Source: Octopus sinensis
Taxonomy: Eukaryota
DNA length: 64,000 nt
Direction: 5' to 3'
Assembly (NCBI RefSeq): GCF_006345805.1
Contig: NC_043000.1
Span: 33,542,001 to 33,606,000, forward strand
Positions 12,981-26,487 of the stretch are shown here, piece by piece. The notes under the pieces are model-generated. The model worked only from the letters and a program-made list of their open reading frames with translations, did no database searches and was not told the origin of the DNA. A program made the position numbers and the translations under genes. Numbering within the stretch: the stretch's first letter is position 1; each line of letters begins with the position of its first letter.

Positions 12981-13227
12981 TCTCCTCCACTCACACACAC
13001 ACACACACACAAGTGATACATTCAATAATTGTGTAATTTGCAGAGATTACCATTCCCAGAAAAAAATAATTCCATCCTAAATGATGACGTGCCGCTGATC
13101 ATTTTGTTAATTACTGTGAATAAACCTAACCTGGAAGTTAGGTGTCTCTTGTCGGCGCCTGAAAAATCCTATTTATGATAGGGAGAAGATGTCGGCAAGA
13201 AAATAAAAGAGAACACGATAGGAAATT

Positions 13228-13583
13228 CCCTCCTCACCATGGTGGGGACGCTGGCAACGGGTAGTGTCAAAGCTATGCCGTCGGGAACTTCGGTACCTGG
13301 TAGGGCCACCCGAGGCGGATTGGTTTGACACCGAGTGGTATTAGGGCCAAAACCCGGCAGACGGGGCTCTGGTGAAAATCCTCGGAGTGTCTGTTTCGGC
13401 AACCGGCGGCTCCTCGGCCGTTCTGTCGCTGCGTCTGCAGACAATCTGCGGCAAACAGGATGTCTCTACATGCGGGTTTGTTGGGGACCGCTTGTGAAAT
13501 CCACATATTTCCACGAAACTTCTTCCAAGGAAGAAGCCGACTCAACCTGCCCAGGATGAATGTCGCCACAAGTACAAGTAAGT
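13228..13583 (+). mobile_element. 356-bp GC/CpG-rich non-autonomous retroposon (RTE-type bipartite 5'UTR+3'tail element suspected)
   Basis: 16-bp flanking direct repeat aaca(c/t)gataggaaatt at 13212-13227 and 13584-13599; acaagtacaagtaagt tail; cttcttcc-aa-ggaagaag hairpin; cctggtagggccaccc resembles an RTE 5'UTR motif from memory. Confidence 0.65.
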
Positions 13584-13989
13584 AACATGATAGGAAATTA
13601 CGTTCTTGTTGACGGTTTATGTTTCTCGACGTTTACTGTCACAGTTGTAGAACCGACAGCCATTCGATAATTCTACAACAAAGACGTTGTTACTGAGATG
13701 ACTGGAAGTATTCACAGATAATATTGTTGTTTAAAATTGCCCACCACATCGAGATTTTATGTAATTGCGTCCAAAGAATTGTCTCCTGTCAACTAAGGGA
13801 GGTTACTATTGTATAGCAATGTAGTAGTGAGATATACTGCCTGGCTAAACAGGGGGCGCTCCGCTAACTGTATTATTCATTAATATATTCAAATTTTGTA
13901 AAGTTAACTCTGCATTTCGTTTGTACAATGACTGCTTTATTTGCACTCACAATCGTTTTGGATGGCATCAATAAGTGAACATCAGTGTG

Positions 13990-14880
13990 TAAATCCCTAT
14001 GATATATTTTGTGATATCGGAAGTAGACAGGTGTACATCAGAGAGAAAAAAAATTGATACAGCAATTGGCTGGTGTGTAGGAGACGAAGAGAAGAGTTGG
14101 GCACCAGATATATGTCGTTGCATACATAGTAATAAAATAATGTTAACAGCTGTAGTAAATGGGAAAAGAAATATGATACCACTTAATGTTCCCATGGTTA
14201 GGTGTAAAGTTAAGAATCATTACAATGATTGCTATTTAACTGTGATGGAAATGACAGAATGTTTCAAAAAGAAATTAATCTAAATTCCAGTCTCCAGAAT
14301 GTGAATCAACCTTGAAATCTGTACCGTACCATGGATTACATTTCCACCGCCCCGTTCTGCCACAATCTGACATAAACGTTGGTCCTTTTCAACATTCTAG
14401 TAGTGATATAGGACCCTATCAACCCACAGCTTCCATACAAAAAGAATATCCCCCGCTCCCACATCTGTGATATATCTGAATGACCAAGGTGATGGTGGCG
14501 GATTTAGCTTTGACTAAGGAAAAGTTAAATATTTCCATTCTTCAGGAATGATACTTCTTCAGTTGACCAACAGTTTTATCGTTCTGTCATCGACATTTCA
14601 AGTTTTCTGCGTTGAACCCGGAATGAAAAAGAAACAAAATAAAGGATTCTTTTAGCCATGATGTCGACAGCCTGACATCGAACATAAACTGAATAATCAA
14701 TGGAATCGTTTAACTTTTTGCTATAAAGTTCGTGGCCAAACTGTCTTTCGTAGAACAGAATCAAGAACCCGTCTATCTTCCTGCTGTGGGTTTGAAGGAA
14801 ACCTCTGGATCTGTGACAATCCCGTTAACACTAATCCAGTGCAAGGGTCTGTGCTAATTCTGTTATCCCTAATCAAGGAC
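13990..14880 (+). mobile_element. Chapaev3-like (CMC) DNA transposase remnant; may extend to ~15460
   Basis: VGDEEKSWAPDICRC...GKRNMIPLNVPMV...NHYNDCYL (cf. GDQDKSWAPHICC...PMVWRE..H..DCYFC); downstream ADLALTKEK, HDVDSL, GLKET in the expected order. Confidence 0.75.
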
Positions 14881-14975
14881 AGGAATCAGACAAAAAGTCC
14901 ACTTCAGCGGAATTTGAACTCAGAACGTAAAAACAGACGTTAGGCCGCTAAGCATTCTGCTCAGCGAGATAACCT
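14880..14975 (-). mobile_element. SINE family A 5' fragment
   Basis: ggaatttgaactcagaacgt and ccgctaagcatt match the reverse complement of 9805-9900. Confidence 0.75.
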
Positions 14976-16552
14976 CAACAGAAATATAATGGCTAATTCT
15001 TAACTGGTTTATATTGGGAAACAACTTTGTGATTCACAAACGAAACAAAAGTAGAAACAAGAATAACGCAGCAGAGATGTTAAGGTGGTTGGTTGGGTAG
15101 ATGGGGGTGGTCTTTTTGTTGTAAGCCAGAAGAAAGGCGTTGGAACGTGCTTGTTGAAAATGTTTTCTATACAGATATGAATACTTATTCAACGGTAGAT
15201 TTTGAAATACGGCAGACATGATATAAACACCAAGAACAAAATGAAGGAAGGTCTTGTTAAGAAAAATTTTAAATGTGAGAATGAAATTTCATTTTCAGAT
15301 ATCAATCATTAAGTTGCACTAAAAACAATTTTAACTCACCGCAGAGTTTAATCGGAGGAAACCCGAGAGACACTTTTATCAGCAAGCTGGTGACTCGACC
15401 CGAATATTTACCATAAAGTGAATCAAAGGCTTCCGATGCTTCGATTATGCTATTAAACTGGCAGAAGTGAAGCAAAGAAGTAAAAATAAATAAAGCAAAC
15501 ACAACTCTGTATTGGTGATTTATCTTTCGATGTGACCGACCTCCTAAACGTAGAACATTTATTGCAGATCTAGGGGACACATCTCTTGTAAGGTAGTTCC
15601 CTGTGGAATAACTTTTTGTCTTATATCCACCGTTTTCTGGTCAATTTTTAAAATTAGTTTCATTTAGTAGAGTTATAATAACTCTAAACATCCGATTTAT
15701 TTTGATTAAAAATTCTTTGCCATCTTGTTTTTGATCAATTTGCAAAGCTGGACATTTCTTTTAAACCTTAAAAGTCAAGCCTTTCTATAAGTGTATTTAG
15801 ATTTTCTATACAAGAATAGCAGCTACAAGAATGGTCAGAAAAAGTTAATGAGAGTAAGGGACGATTTTGAAATATGTGTATTTATGTATATTTTATTGAA
15901 AAATGATGGTTACTATGGTTACAAGTACAGAATTAATTTTATTCAAACATGGTAAGACTTACGTTTATGAACGAATGTAACCCCCTATATTGTGCCTTGT
16001 TTGCATATTTTGAGACTCGAATATAAAATTAGACTATTTGCATATTTAATTAGATATTGAAGTGGCTGTTGTTCCAAAAAATGCAGTTTATTACAAATAA
16101 CTGAATTTAATTAACCTGCTACATACAAAACTTGAGATATTTCGTATCTGAATATTAATTAGCTGACATTAGTGGTTTTCCAATATTTCTTCTTTTGGGG
16201 ATGAGGTTTTTGCTAAAAGGGGCCATGTTCAGAATTTGTTATAACAAATAAATTATGAATTGAATTTTATTTTTCTAGCTTTTAGTCACGAGAGTAAACT
16301 GTGCCTGCGCCTCCTTACAGAGCCTCCCAGGTTGTGAGAGGAGAGCTATACTAAACCTAGATATCTGGCCTTGATGCTTGCAGCACAGTGGACACCGCCA
16401 ATAGCAACATAGGTGCTATGTGTGAGCATATATATATATGGTTATGTATTAATATTAGGGAAGTTATTTCCGAGTCCACAGAGGAGAGATGTTCAAGTTA
16501 GTGATACTAAAATGAATTACTCAGAGACAGAGGTGATTCTGTCTCTTAAACC

Positions 16553-16945
<393 letters not shown>

Positions 16946-16954
16946 ATACAGTGA

Positions 16955-18655
16955 CTTCAATGTGAAATGGCCCGAAGGCTTTTTCCTCTCAGGAATGACG
17001 CGATGTGAGCAAAGTCAGGTGGAATCCCTGACCGACAATTTATATATGGAGCAAATAATACTCCAGCCAACCAGGGCAAGCAATATTCTTGATCTCTGCT
17101 TCACAAACAATGTGGATCTCATCCATAATGTGAAAGTGATACCGATGCTAGTCTCAGATAACAACATAATAAAGCTGACCATGTATGAACCAAAGGAACC
17201 TTCAGCCATGCAGCCTATGAAAAGCACCCAAAAATCTATCCAACCTGAACTTCCACAAATCAGACTGGAAATCAATTGAGAAAGACATCATCAAACGGGA
17301 CTGGTCTCATTGTCTCAGAGACTTTCATGTCAGTAATGCAAGCGTTATGCAATACGGAGAAGGAGCCACTGCACATAAAAACAAGATTTCCAAGGAGAGA
17401 AAAGTTCTTATGAGACAAAGTACAAAGATTGTAAACCGCTTCAACAGAGAACTGAATGGCAGTGAGACACTCTACCTGGAAACAGGACTGCTGGAGATTG
17501 AGAAACAACTGAAGCCCTCTCATGGGAAGGAAAGGGCAGACAGAGATATCTGAGTCACAAGAAATATAAACTCGATCCTAAATCCTTCTTAAGGTACGCC
17601 AAGTAGACTGCCTCTGTGCATTGCAGGGTAGAGTCACTCCTCCAAAACGATGGTTTCCTCACGGGAAACCCAACGAGGACAAGTGAATCACTGAATGAAC
17701 AGTTCAAAAGTGTCTTCACCCCAAACCTACGGCACATGCATGTTAGTAAACCTGTAGAACTCTTTACTGCTACAGAGGCTGAACGGGAGGCAGTAAGAAT
17801 TGATTACATCAACATCGAAAAAAATATGTAATACTGGCAATAGATGATGTAGATGCAATCTTAGCTGCTGGCCTTGATGGATTCCCAGAAATCCTCTTCT
17901 TGTCATGCAAATGAGTCCTTGCAAAACCATTGCAGCTTCTTTTTCAGAGCTTCCTCGCAAATGGTAAGCTCTGTGAGAGGTCTCACTGACATCAAACATC
18001 AGCAAAGTCATGGAACGAATCGTCGGAAGGAAATTAATTGCATTCCCTGAAGAGTATGACTTGCTGATAGACACCCAGCATAGTTTTTGGCTAGGTAGAA
18101 GCATTATTACTGGGTGCTAAAGCAGCTGCTCAACAACTCAAATGTGGACGCGAAATACCTCAACTTTGCAAAAGCCTTTGACAAAATCGACCATGGTATG
18201 ATTTTGTCACCAGCTCCGAAATCTTTGTTTACCACATATTTGGAAAACTTGGAGAATGACAACATGATTTTCTAAAAGATAGAACTCAGGTAGTGGTGGT
18301 CAATGGGGCCATCTTCAAGAAAACACAAATGATGAGTGGTGTTCCACAGTGCACTGTCCTGGGGCCACTGCTGTTCATAGTGGCCCTCTCTGACATGCCT
18401 TCAGTTGCTCAAGTAGCTACTCTTGCTAGCAATGCTGACGATAGAAAAGTCTCTGGAGACATTGTGCATCTGCAACGTGAGTTGGACGCAATATACAGGT
18501 AGGGTGAGGAAAATAACATGCAGTTTAATGCTGGAAAATTCCAAGCCCTGCGCTACCAACACAGGAAGCTCAATGAAAAGCAGATAGTATACACTGGCCC
18601 AGGAGGGACTCCAGTCCCCGAATCGAAATCATTGCGTGACCTGGACATCGACCTT
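16955..18655 (+). mobile_element. CR1/L2-group LINE remnant (APE C-terminus + RT)
   Basis: QPTRASNILDLCFTNN...SDNNII; YLNFAKAFDKIDHG; SGVPQCTVLGPLLFIVALSDM; NADDRK; NMQFNAGKFQAL; multiple stops and frameshifts. Confidence 0.93.
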
Positions 18656-19367
18656 ATATATAGTGTAATTTTATTTGAAATTGCACGAATATTACCAGTT
18701 AATACCGCTTATCTCCTGGGTATTGTTATACAGCAAGTTTCCTTTCCCTGGTCTCCGTGGGTTAAAAGTTCAAAACTAAGTAAAGTTGAAAAAAAAAGAG
18801 GAAAAACAAGAGAGAAAAAATGGAACCAGGAGAATTGGCTCATAAATTATGCAGTTGTCTAAAAAGTTTATGAATACACTTTCTATTTTGTTTCTAACAC
18901 ACTCACGCACACACAAACACATATGTATGTATATATATGTATGTATGTATATATACATATATTTATATATATGTCTATGTATATATCTTAGTGCTTGTGT
19001 GTGCACATATATATATACACCCACATAACAACAGTTATTTAATTATAACTATCAACAAAAAGGAAAAGAAATATTCAGGGAATAAACTTCCAAACATACG
19101 TATGAAATAACTTTTATTTTGGTTATTTTATTTATTATAAATGAATTTTTCTAAGCCCAAGAGCTAACATTTACTATTTATACCTACATGCATGTGAAAT
19201 TCATTTAATTTATTTAAATTTATTTTAATTGCAATTAATTTATTGAAATTTTGATCAATTACCAAACAGAATAAACTCGGTTTGCTAGAAATTTCACATG
19301 GTGCTATTGTTTGAATCAAGTCAGTTCCAGGCATTTTAGATGTGTGAGTGTGAGACAACGTGTGTGT

Positions 19368-19421
<54 letters not shown>

Positions 19422-19476
19422 TTTGTGCGTGTGTTTAAAGATATATATATATATATATATATACATACACACACAC

Positions 19477-19520
<44 letters not shown>

Positions 19521-20180
19521 TATATATACGTTCGAAGGATGCTTATGTAACGTTTGAGTAATGTGCGTAAATATGTGAGAATATAAGTCATGGCGTAACT
19601 CTGTATGTAATGCTTGTTGAAGTGTCTCTTGAAGAGAAAATCTTCGAAATGTTTTAGCAAAACTTTACAAATCGATTGGATCCGGAGAAAGTAAACAAAT
19701 CTTTTGTTTCTTCATGGGAAACGACAGCATTTCTAATGCTTCCTTATTGCCGCCCTGCATGCTGTGAAGGCTGTAAATGGGAATTTATTTCCAATGCACA
19801 AATACTTAAAAATTTCGGGTAGTTTAATATAAATTCGATGAGGCATTCACATCTACTTGAAAGCTGATCTCTACAGTATGGAACCACTTCTATTTGTAAG
19901 AGAAAACTCTGCAAAACTTCATTTCTGCCTGCAGAGGGATGACATTCAACCAGTGATTCTTAATTTCAAAATATAGAAACGTCATATGACCCCGTTTTGT
20001 TAACAAAACAAGGAATGAGACTGTCACATTCTTGTCTTTACTTTTATGTCAAGGACCAAAATGTGCAAAGAATTATGGAACTAGCACTCATTGCTGAACT
20101 AAGTTGTGTTTTATATAATTCTATATCTTTTCCATGCTTCAAATTTGTTTGTTTGACCATATAAGGAAAAGTTGGGTTCT

Positions 20181-20380
20181 AATTTTGGTACAAGGCCAGC
20201 AATTTCGGGTAAGTGGGTAAGTGCATTACATCGCTCCCTGAGCTAGACTGGTACTGATTTTATCGAAGGCGAAGGGATGTAAGGAAAAGTTGACCTCTGC
20301 AGGATTTGAACTCAGACAGACGAAATGCCGATAAGCATTCTGTCCGGTGAGCTAACGATTCTCTCAGCTCACCGCCTTCT
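20181..20380 (-). mobile_element. SINE family A variant, decayed
   Basis: ggtacaaggccagcaatt tail, actggtact core, ggatttgaactcag B box, gctcaccgcct head (all as reverse complement). Confidence 0.75.
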
Positions 20381-21076
20381 TATACCGAAATATTGACAGA
20401 ATCGACGTCGTTTTAACAAACGGTCTTCTTAACACTAGAACAGGCCCCAAACACATGCAATAATTCAGTTGTTACTGATTTGTTAAAAGTAGCAGTCAAA
20501 CCTCCTCACCATAAGTCACACATTTAAATAAAGGCTATATTTTGAGCGCTTTGCATTTTAGTTTTCAACTACGACTTATCTAAGACGGTGACACGACATC
20601 AACAACAAGGAGGAAAGCTTTCTGCGAGGATGTGTATATGCATATTTATATTAATTTTTAACAGAACAGTGACTCAAATCCGAGAGTTTCGTGCGTTGAC
20701 ACAAGTCAGCACATACGTTCGTCCGATAGTCGAAAGACCCCTTTCTGTTTGTTATTTCCTTGTGTTTGTATATGTACATTCGTTTGCCTTGCTCAGGGGG
20801 CTCAATACCTTTAGCTTAAGCTTTTGGCCCAGCTGGTTTCCAGTACTATCGGAGAGAATTGGGTGAGACTACGTGGACATTCCGGACTCCGACTGAAGAA
20901 GTAAATGGCTGCGAATGATCCGTTTATCTTGTTTTGTCCTGTTGTTGTGCCATCGTCATTTTCCTGCTTGTTATGCTTTGACGATTTCCGTTTGTTGTGT
21001 TTCTTACCTTTGATTTATATATGTATACATACATCACACACACACACACACACACACACATGCACACACACACACA

Positions 21077-21126
<50 letters not shown>

Positions 21127-21129
<3 letters not shown>

Positions 21130-21262
21130 TATTCTTTGCGCAATAAGATAAAAAACCAAGGCTGTATAGATATTAGAGCATTTTAGCTGTAAGACCTATC
21201 TACAAATGCTCTGATATCTATACAGCCTTCGTTTTTTTTATCTTATTACGCAAAAAATTCTT
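21127..21262. repeat. Near-perfect inverted repeat (57-bp arms, ~20-bp spacer), MITE-like
   Basis: 21127-21183 is the reverse complement of 21204-21262 with ~6 differences. Confidence 0.85.
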
Positions 21263-21423
21263 ATATATACACGCTGACATAGAAACAACGTTGAACCCTT
21301 TATTCGCAATATTACAGAATCTGGAACTTAACTATGGTCTGTCTATAGCAAGCACTTATTCAGCATTACCTGACACCTTTGGGTCTCAATGAAACCATTA
21401 TCTCATACACACACACACACACA

Positions 21424-21468
<45 letters not shown>

Positions 21469-21559
21469 GTTCATATTTATAGAAAAACAAAAGACGAAGA
21501 CAGGTGTAGGAACAGCAAACGAGTGTATTAGTTTGACGCTCGGGAAAAATGGAAAAGTC

Positions 21560-21594
21560 TTTTACGTTTCGAGCCTATGCTCTTTGACAGAAAA
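21560..21594 (-). ncRNA. Decayed hammerhead-like motif (loop-less stem III)
   Basis: tttt-CTGTCAA-a-gagc-atag-gctc-GAAAC-GTA-aaa; core deviates at positions 6 and 8. Confidence 0.35.
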
Positions 21595-21647
21595 TAATAA
21601 GAGGGAATAAATAGTACACACCTGTACGTGTGTGTATGTGCGTGCGT

Positions 21648-21682
<35 letters not shown>

Positions 21683-22132
21683 TGCTATAAGTAACTATCT
21701 TGAAATTACAGCAGACAGTAGAAGACATATTCACGTTTGTATAAAAATTTGAACATCGCACAATCATGTCAGCGCACGCACTCACGCACAATACTTTCCC
21801 TTCACACTGTCTTTCTCTCCCCCTTCTCTGCTTTCACATACAACACACCCACGAAGAATAACCATTGAAATGTTTTGTAAACATACTGCGATGGAGATTT
21901 TAAATTATTTTTATCTATTTAGGAGGCTATTTGGGGAAGATCAAAGTACAATAATTTGTAAATACTTTACACACACACACGAACACGAACACAAACGTAC
22001 ACACAGTGGGAGAGACACATGTATCAAACATCGATACACTTTGTACAACAAATGCTCCGTATTATCTGTACACATAAATAGTCGGTGCGTTTGATATACA
22101 AGCATATCTCTCTCTCTATATATATGTGTGTG

Positions 22133-22199
<67 letters not shown>

Positions 22200-22246
22200 A
22201 TATATGTATGTATATGTATACACACACACACACACACACACACACG

Positions 22247-22313
<67 letters not shown>

Positions 22314-22439
22314 GCATATATATGTGTGTATGTGTGCATTTATATTCACTTCTATTTCTAATTATATGATATTTCTTCCTCTTGGGGGAAGGAAGGGAGC
22401 TGGTTTTCAGCAAAGTTGGAAAGCTCCGTATTTAGAATG

Positions 22440-22805
22440 TTAAATAACAAAATCAAACACATTTTCAATTTCAGAAAAAAACTTGCACATTTTTACTGTT
22501 CCGCTTATGGATTGTATTTTTAATGTGGAAGTTGGTTGGCTGATTTCTTTGTTCGGAAAACCCTAACTTATCCACGTGGTCACTTAGGCATTTACTTTCA
22601 AGATGAAGTGGTATAAATGGGAATTTACAATCTGGATATAAATGCCGAATGTTTCGAAGCAGTTGCTCGTAGTTATCCTCCTTCTCTTTCATTTTCGAAG
22701 CGTTATGTATGTATGTATGTGTGTATGCATGCATGTATGTATGTATGTATGTATGTATGTATGTATGTATGTATGTATGTATGTATGTATGTATGTGTGT
22801 ATGTA

Positions 22806-22836
<31 letters not shown>

Positions 22837-23700
22837 GTGTGTATGTATGTGTGTGTGTGTATGTATGTATGTACGTATGTATGTATGTATGTGTGTATGT
22901 ATGTATGTGTGTGTGTATGTATGTATGTATGTATGTTGTATGTATGTTGTATGTATGTATGTGGGTATGCATGCATATATGTACGTATGTTCGCATCTAT
23001 ATACGCCTGCATGTATGCATGAATGTGTATATGTATGTATGTATGCATGCATGTATGTTTTCATTCATGCATACCTGTATGTATGTATGCATGCGTATAT
23101 GTATGTCATTGTTTAGTCTTATTTCAAGATTTCTTGCCAATAGAGAAAGAGCCGGTTTCTAACCTAGATCCAAGGCCCCTTCAATCAACAACAGGGTATT
23201 TTTTGTATGTATTTATGTATGTATGTATGTATGTATGTATGTATGTATGTATGTATGTATGTATGTATGTATGATTTATGTATGTATGTATTTATATACG
23301 TGCAGATTTGTGTGTTTTATTTTATGTATGTATTCTCATGCATATCTCGACATGCTCATAAATATTTAAATGATAAACCTCTGGAAAGTTTTACAGATTT
23401 TTACAGTTCCAGTGATTGATTGGATCTGTAGCCTTTGAATTAGCTTACTCCTTTCTGGTTTTGAGAAGCCTAATTTCTCAAGATTGCTGTTTAGGCAGTG
23501 TATTACATATCCCAGGGTTCCAATAATTACAGGTATAAACCTGAACTTGTAATCTGGATAGAGTAATTTATTCTTGCTGCTGTTGTTTAGAAGGTGCTGA
23601 CTGAGTGATACCATACGGCATTCGAAGGCCGTCTGCACTGATCTGTCTGTCTATTTGTCTGTCTGTCTGTCTGTCTGTCTGCTGTCTGTATGTATCTATG

Positions 23701-23781
<81 letters not shown>

Positions 23782-23786
23782 ATATA

Positions 23787-23833
<47 letters not shown>

Positions 23834-24390
23834 CATATATGTATGTCTGCATGCATATATATATATTTGTATGTATGTATGTATGCAAGTTTGTATATAG
23901 ATGCATGCATGCATGTGTGAATGCATGTATGTCATTATTCAGATTTATTTCAAGATTTCTTGCCAATAGAGAAAGAACCAGTTTCTAACCTAGACCCAAG
24001 GTTCCTTCATTGGAATTTCAGCATCGACAACAAGGTATTTTTGTTTGCATGTATGTATGTATGTATGTATGTATGTATGGATGGATGGATGGATGGATGT
24101 ATATACGTATGTATGTGCAAATTTGCATGTTTTATATATGTATTCTCATGCATACAGTTGTATATCTAGACATGCACATATATATTTAGATGATAAACTT
24201 CTGGAAAGTTTTACAGATTTTTACAGTTCCAGTGATAGACTGAATCTGTAGTCTACGAATTAGCTTTCCCCTTTGTGGTTTTGAGAAGCCTAACTTTTCA
24301 AATTTGTCATTTAGTCAATGTGTGTTACATATCCCAGTCTCCCAGTACTTACAGGTATAAACCTGAAGTTGGTAATCTGGATAGAGTATG
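22440..24390 (-). mobile_element. Three co-oriented 3' ends of a REL-endonuclease LINE embedded in (CATA)n tracts
   Basis: LYPDYKFRFIPVIIGTLGYV...LEKLGFSKPERSKLIQRLQIQSITGTVKICKTFQRFII (23366-23600); homologues at 22471-22700 and 24170-24390; shared 3'UTR block at 23105-23180 and 23930-24005. Confidence 0.8.
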
Positions 24391-24717
24391 CACGTATGAT
24401 TGCATGCATGATGTTGCCTTCATTCACACTTGTCCTTTCCCTTTTTTATCTTCTGCACCCCACTCCTCACCTTTTCTTTTCTTCTTCTCCTTCCCCCACT
24501 TCCCTCCCTTTCCATCTTCCTCCATTAATGCTTCAATCTATTTATTGGCCTGTTTCTCCATGTTTCACACATATTTACTTCAACTCTTCACAATTAACAC
24601 ACCAACACATGTTTATTCCCAAATTTATGGCTAAACATCTAATCAGTGTTCGATAATTTTTATGTTATATTTATATCAATATTTGTGTTTATATTAATAT
24701 ATATACTTTTATTCTTT

Positions 24718-24995
24718 TATTCGTTTCAGTCATTTGACTGCGGCCATGGTGGAGCACCGCCTTTAGTCGAGCAAATCGACCCCCAGGACTTATTCTTTGT
24801 AAGTCTAGTACTTATTCTATCAGTTACTTTTGCCGAACCGCCAAGTTACGGGGACGTAACCACACCAACATCGGTTGTCAAGCGATGATGGGTGGGGCAA
24901 ACACACACACACACACACACACACAAAAGACACACACACTCATGACGAGCTTCTTTCAGTTTCCATCTACCAAATCCACTCACAAGGCTTTGTGG
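24718..24995 (-). mobile_element. SINE family B, 3' two-thirds
   Basis: tttcagtcatttgactgcggccatg...accaaatccactcacaaggcttt shared with 53632-54050 and 58468-58745. Confidence 0.9.
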
Positions 24996-24999
24996 TCAG

Positions 25000-25723
25000 A
25001 GCGACGAAACCGTTCTGCACGCACTCGTACAGTGTCAAACCATTTCCGACCTGTAGGCCTATGTCGAGCGGCTGCTATCGCGTGTGGGACGAGTCGGTTT
25101 ATCAAGCGAGTCTATCGTGAATATTGTTGCGCCTCCTTCCTTGAAACGAGAAGGAAGAGCCATTTTCATCTTACTTGTGGCTATGGAGAAAAATGTGCAT
25201 GGTGGACGCGTCTGAAAGGTCTAGAGACAAACATTTTTCTCTCTGGTCAATCTCTCATCAACTTCTTCAAGTATCACTTGAAGAGGAAGGTGAGAGTAGA
25301 GAGGCAAGTTTTGTCTCGTGAATGTTTTAAAAAAAAAGATGGGGGAATGTAGCAAGGATGGCACGTGTGAATGAGGGAGCCAGCTTGAGCATGATCTTAT
25401 GAACCAAAAAAAACGAAAGGAAAACAGAGAGTCACTTACAGTAATGTGTTTTTTTGCATGACACTATTGCCCAAGGTTCCCGTGGTCTTTTCCGTAGGCT
25501 TTTCTATCCACGGGCAAACCTAATCTGTTTTCCCCCTTTTACATTGACATTTCTCTGATATACGATCCCTATTGCTCAACCTTTCTTTTTCTTTTTTTTT
25601 CCACGATCCCTTTTGATCGAAATTCGACCTACTTTTCTTTCTCTTCTTCTTCCCAAAAAGAAAAGCTCTACTTTGTATTTTGTCCCCTCTGTGTTCAGCC
25701 CTGTGTGGCCAATAAAGAAACAT

Positions 25724-25730
<7 letters not shown>
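25000..25730 (+). mobile_element. L1/Tx1-type LINE 3' end (ORF2 C-terminus + 3'UTR) ending in (TCTA)n
   Basis: DETVLHALVQCQTI zinc-knuckle half; WWTRLKG...YHLKRKVRVER; 3'UTR matches 41700-42100 (gccctgtgtggccaataaagaaac). Confidence 0.85.
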
Positions 25731-25800
<70 letters not shown>

Positions 25801-25802
25801 GC

Positions 25803-25849
<47 letters not shown>

Positions 25850-26487
25850 CATGTATATGGTCCGAAAACAAACACGGAAGCGAAGTTAAAAAAGCAAAGA
25901 ATCAGGGAGGCATTAATTTGACACTCAGGAAAATTAGAAGAAACCCTTAACGTTTCCATCGTACGCTCTTCTACGGTGTTAGATAGATGAGGAGAGAAAA
26001 AATAGAAAGAAAAGAACAAACGTGTCTCTATTAGACGATCGCTCTATGCCGAAATGACCGGAAGTGGGACAAGTTGGTTTGAGGCATGTGTGACAAGGGA
26101 GAAAACGTGGTGAGGTAAAGTTTTTGGGCATTTATCCTCCATCTACACCATGATGGAGGAGAAAAAAAAAAACTTAAGATCAGGCATCTTTGTAGAATGG
26201 GACACAGAAGGTAAAAAGGAAAGGAAAGTCAGTGGATTTGAAGAATTCGCGATGGAATGGTTCGATACAAATCAGCAACAGCACATTGTAAGATCCAAGA
26301 AGATGATAATCCATGTAGAGTAATTCCAGTGGTAATCCAGGAAGAGGTAAATGGTGGTAACAATTTAAGTAAGGGGTCGAAGATGGGACGAAGGAGTCTG
26401 AGAGGAGATACATTCAGACATGCATAAGCACACACGTATGTACTTTAATTTCTGGTTTCAGGCATTGAACTGTGGCCATGATGAAGC

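Noticed and set aside
13075-13135. Box C/D-like ATGATGA...CTGA and a telomerase-template-like cctaacc
   Set aside because: Boxes only 7 nt apart and buried in a hairpin; template does not match CTAACCCTAA
13239-13559. Kozak ATG ORF with an in-frame TGA at codon 30 (selenoprotein or read-through idea) and a downstream gtaagt donor
   Set aside because: No recognisable protein family or SECIS; the gtaagt is part of the tandem tail
13228-13583. Resemblance to RNase P/MRP RNA (gggaacttcgg, agacggggctc, aaaacccggc)
   Set aside because: CR-I/CR-V cannot form a full P4 helix and the CR-V consensus is absent; the TSD and tail favour a retroposon
13846-13862. CTCF-like motif aaacagggggcgct
   Set aside because: Lacks the 5' CC of the core; a single short motif has no predictive value
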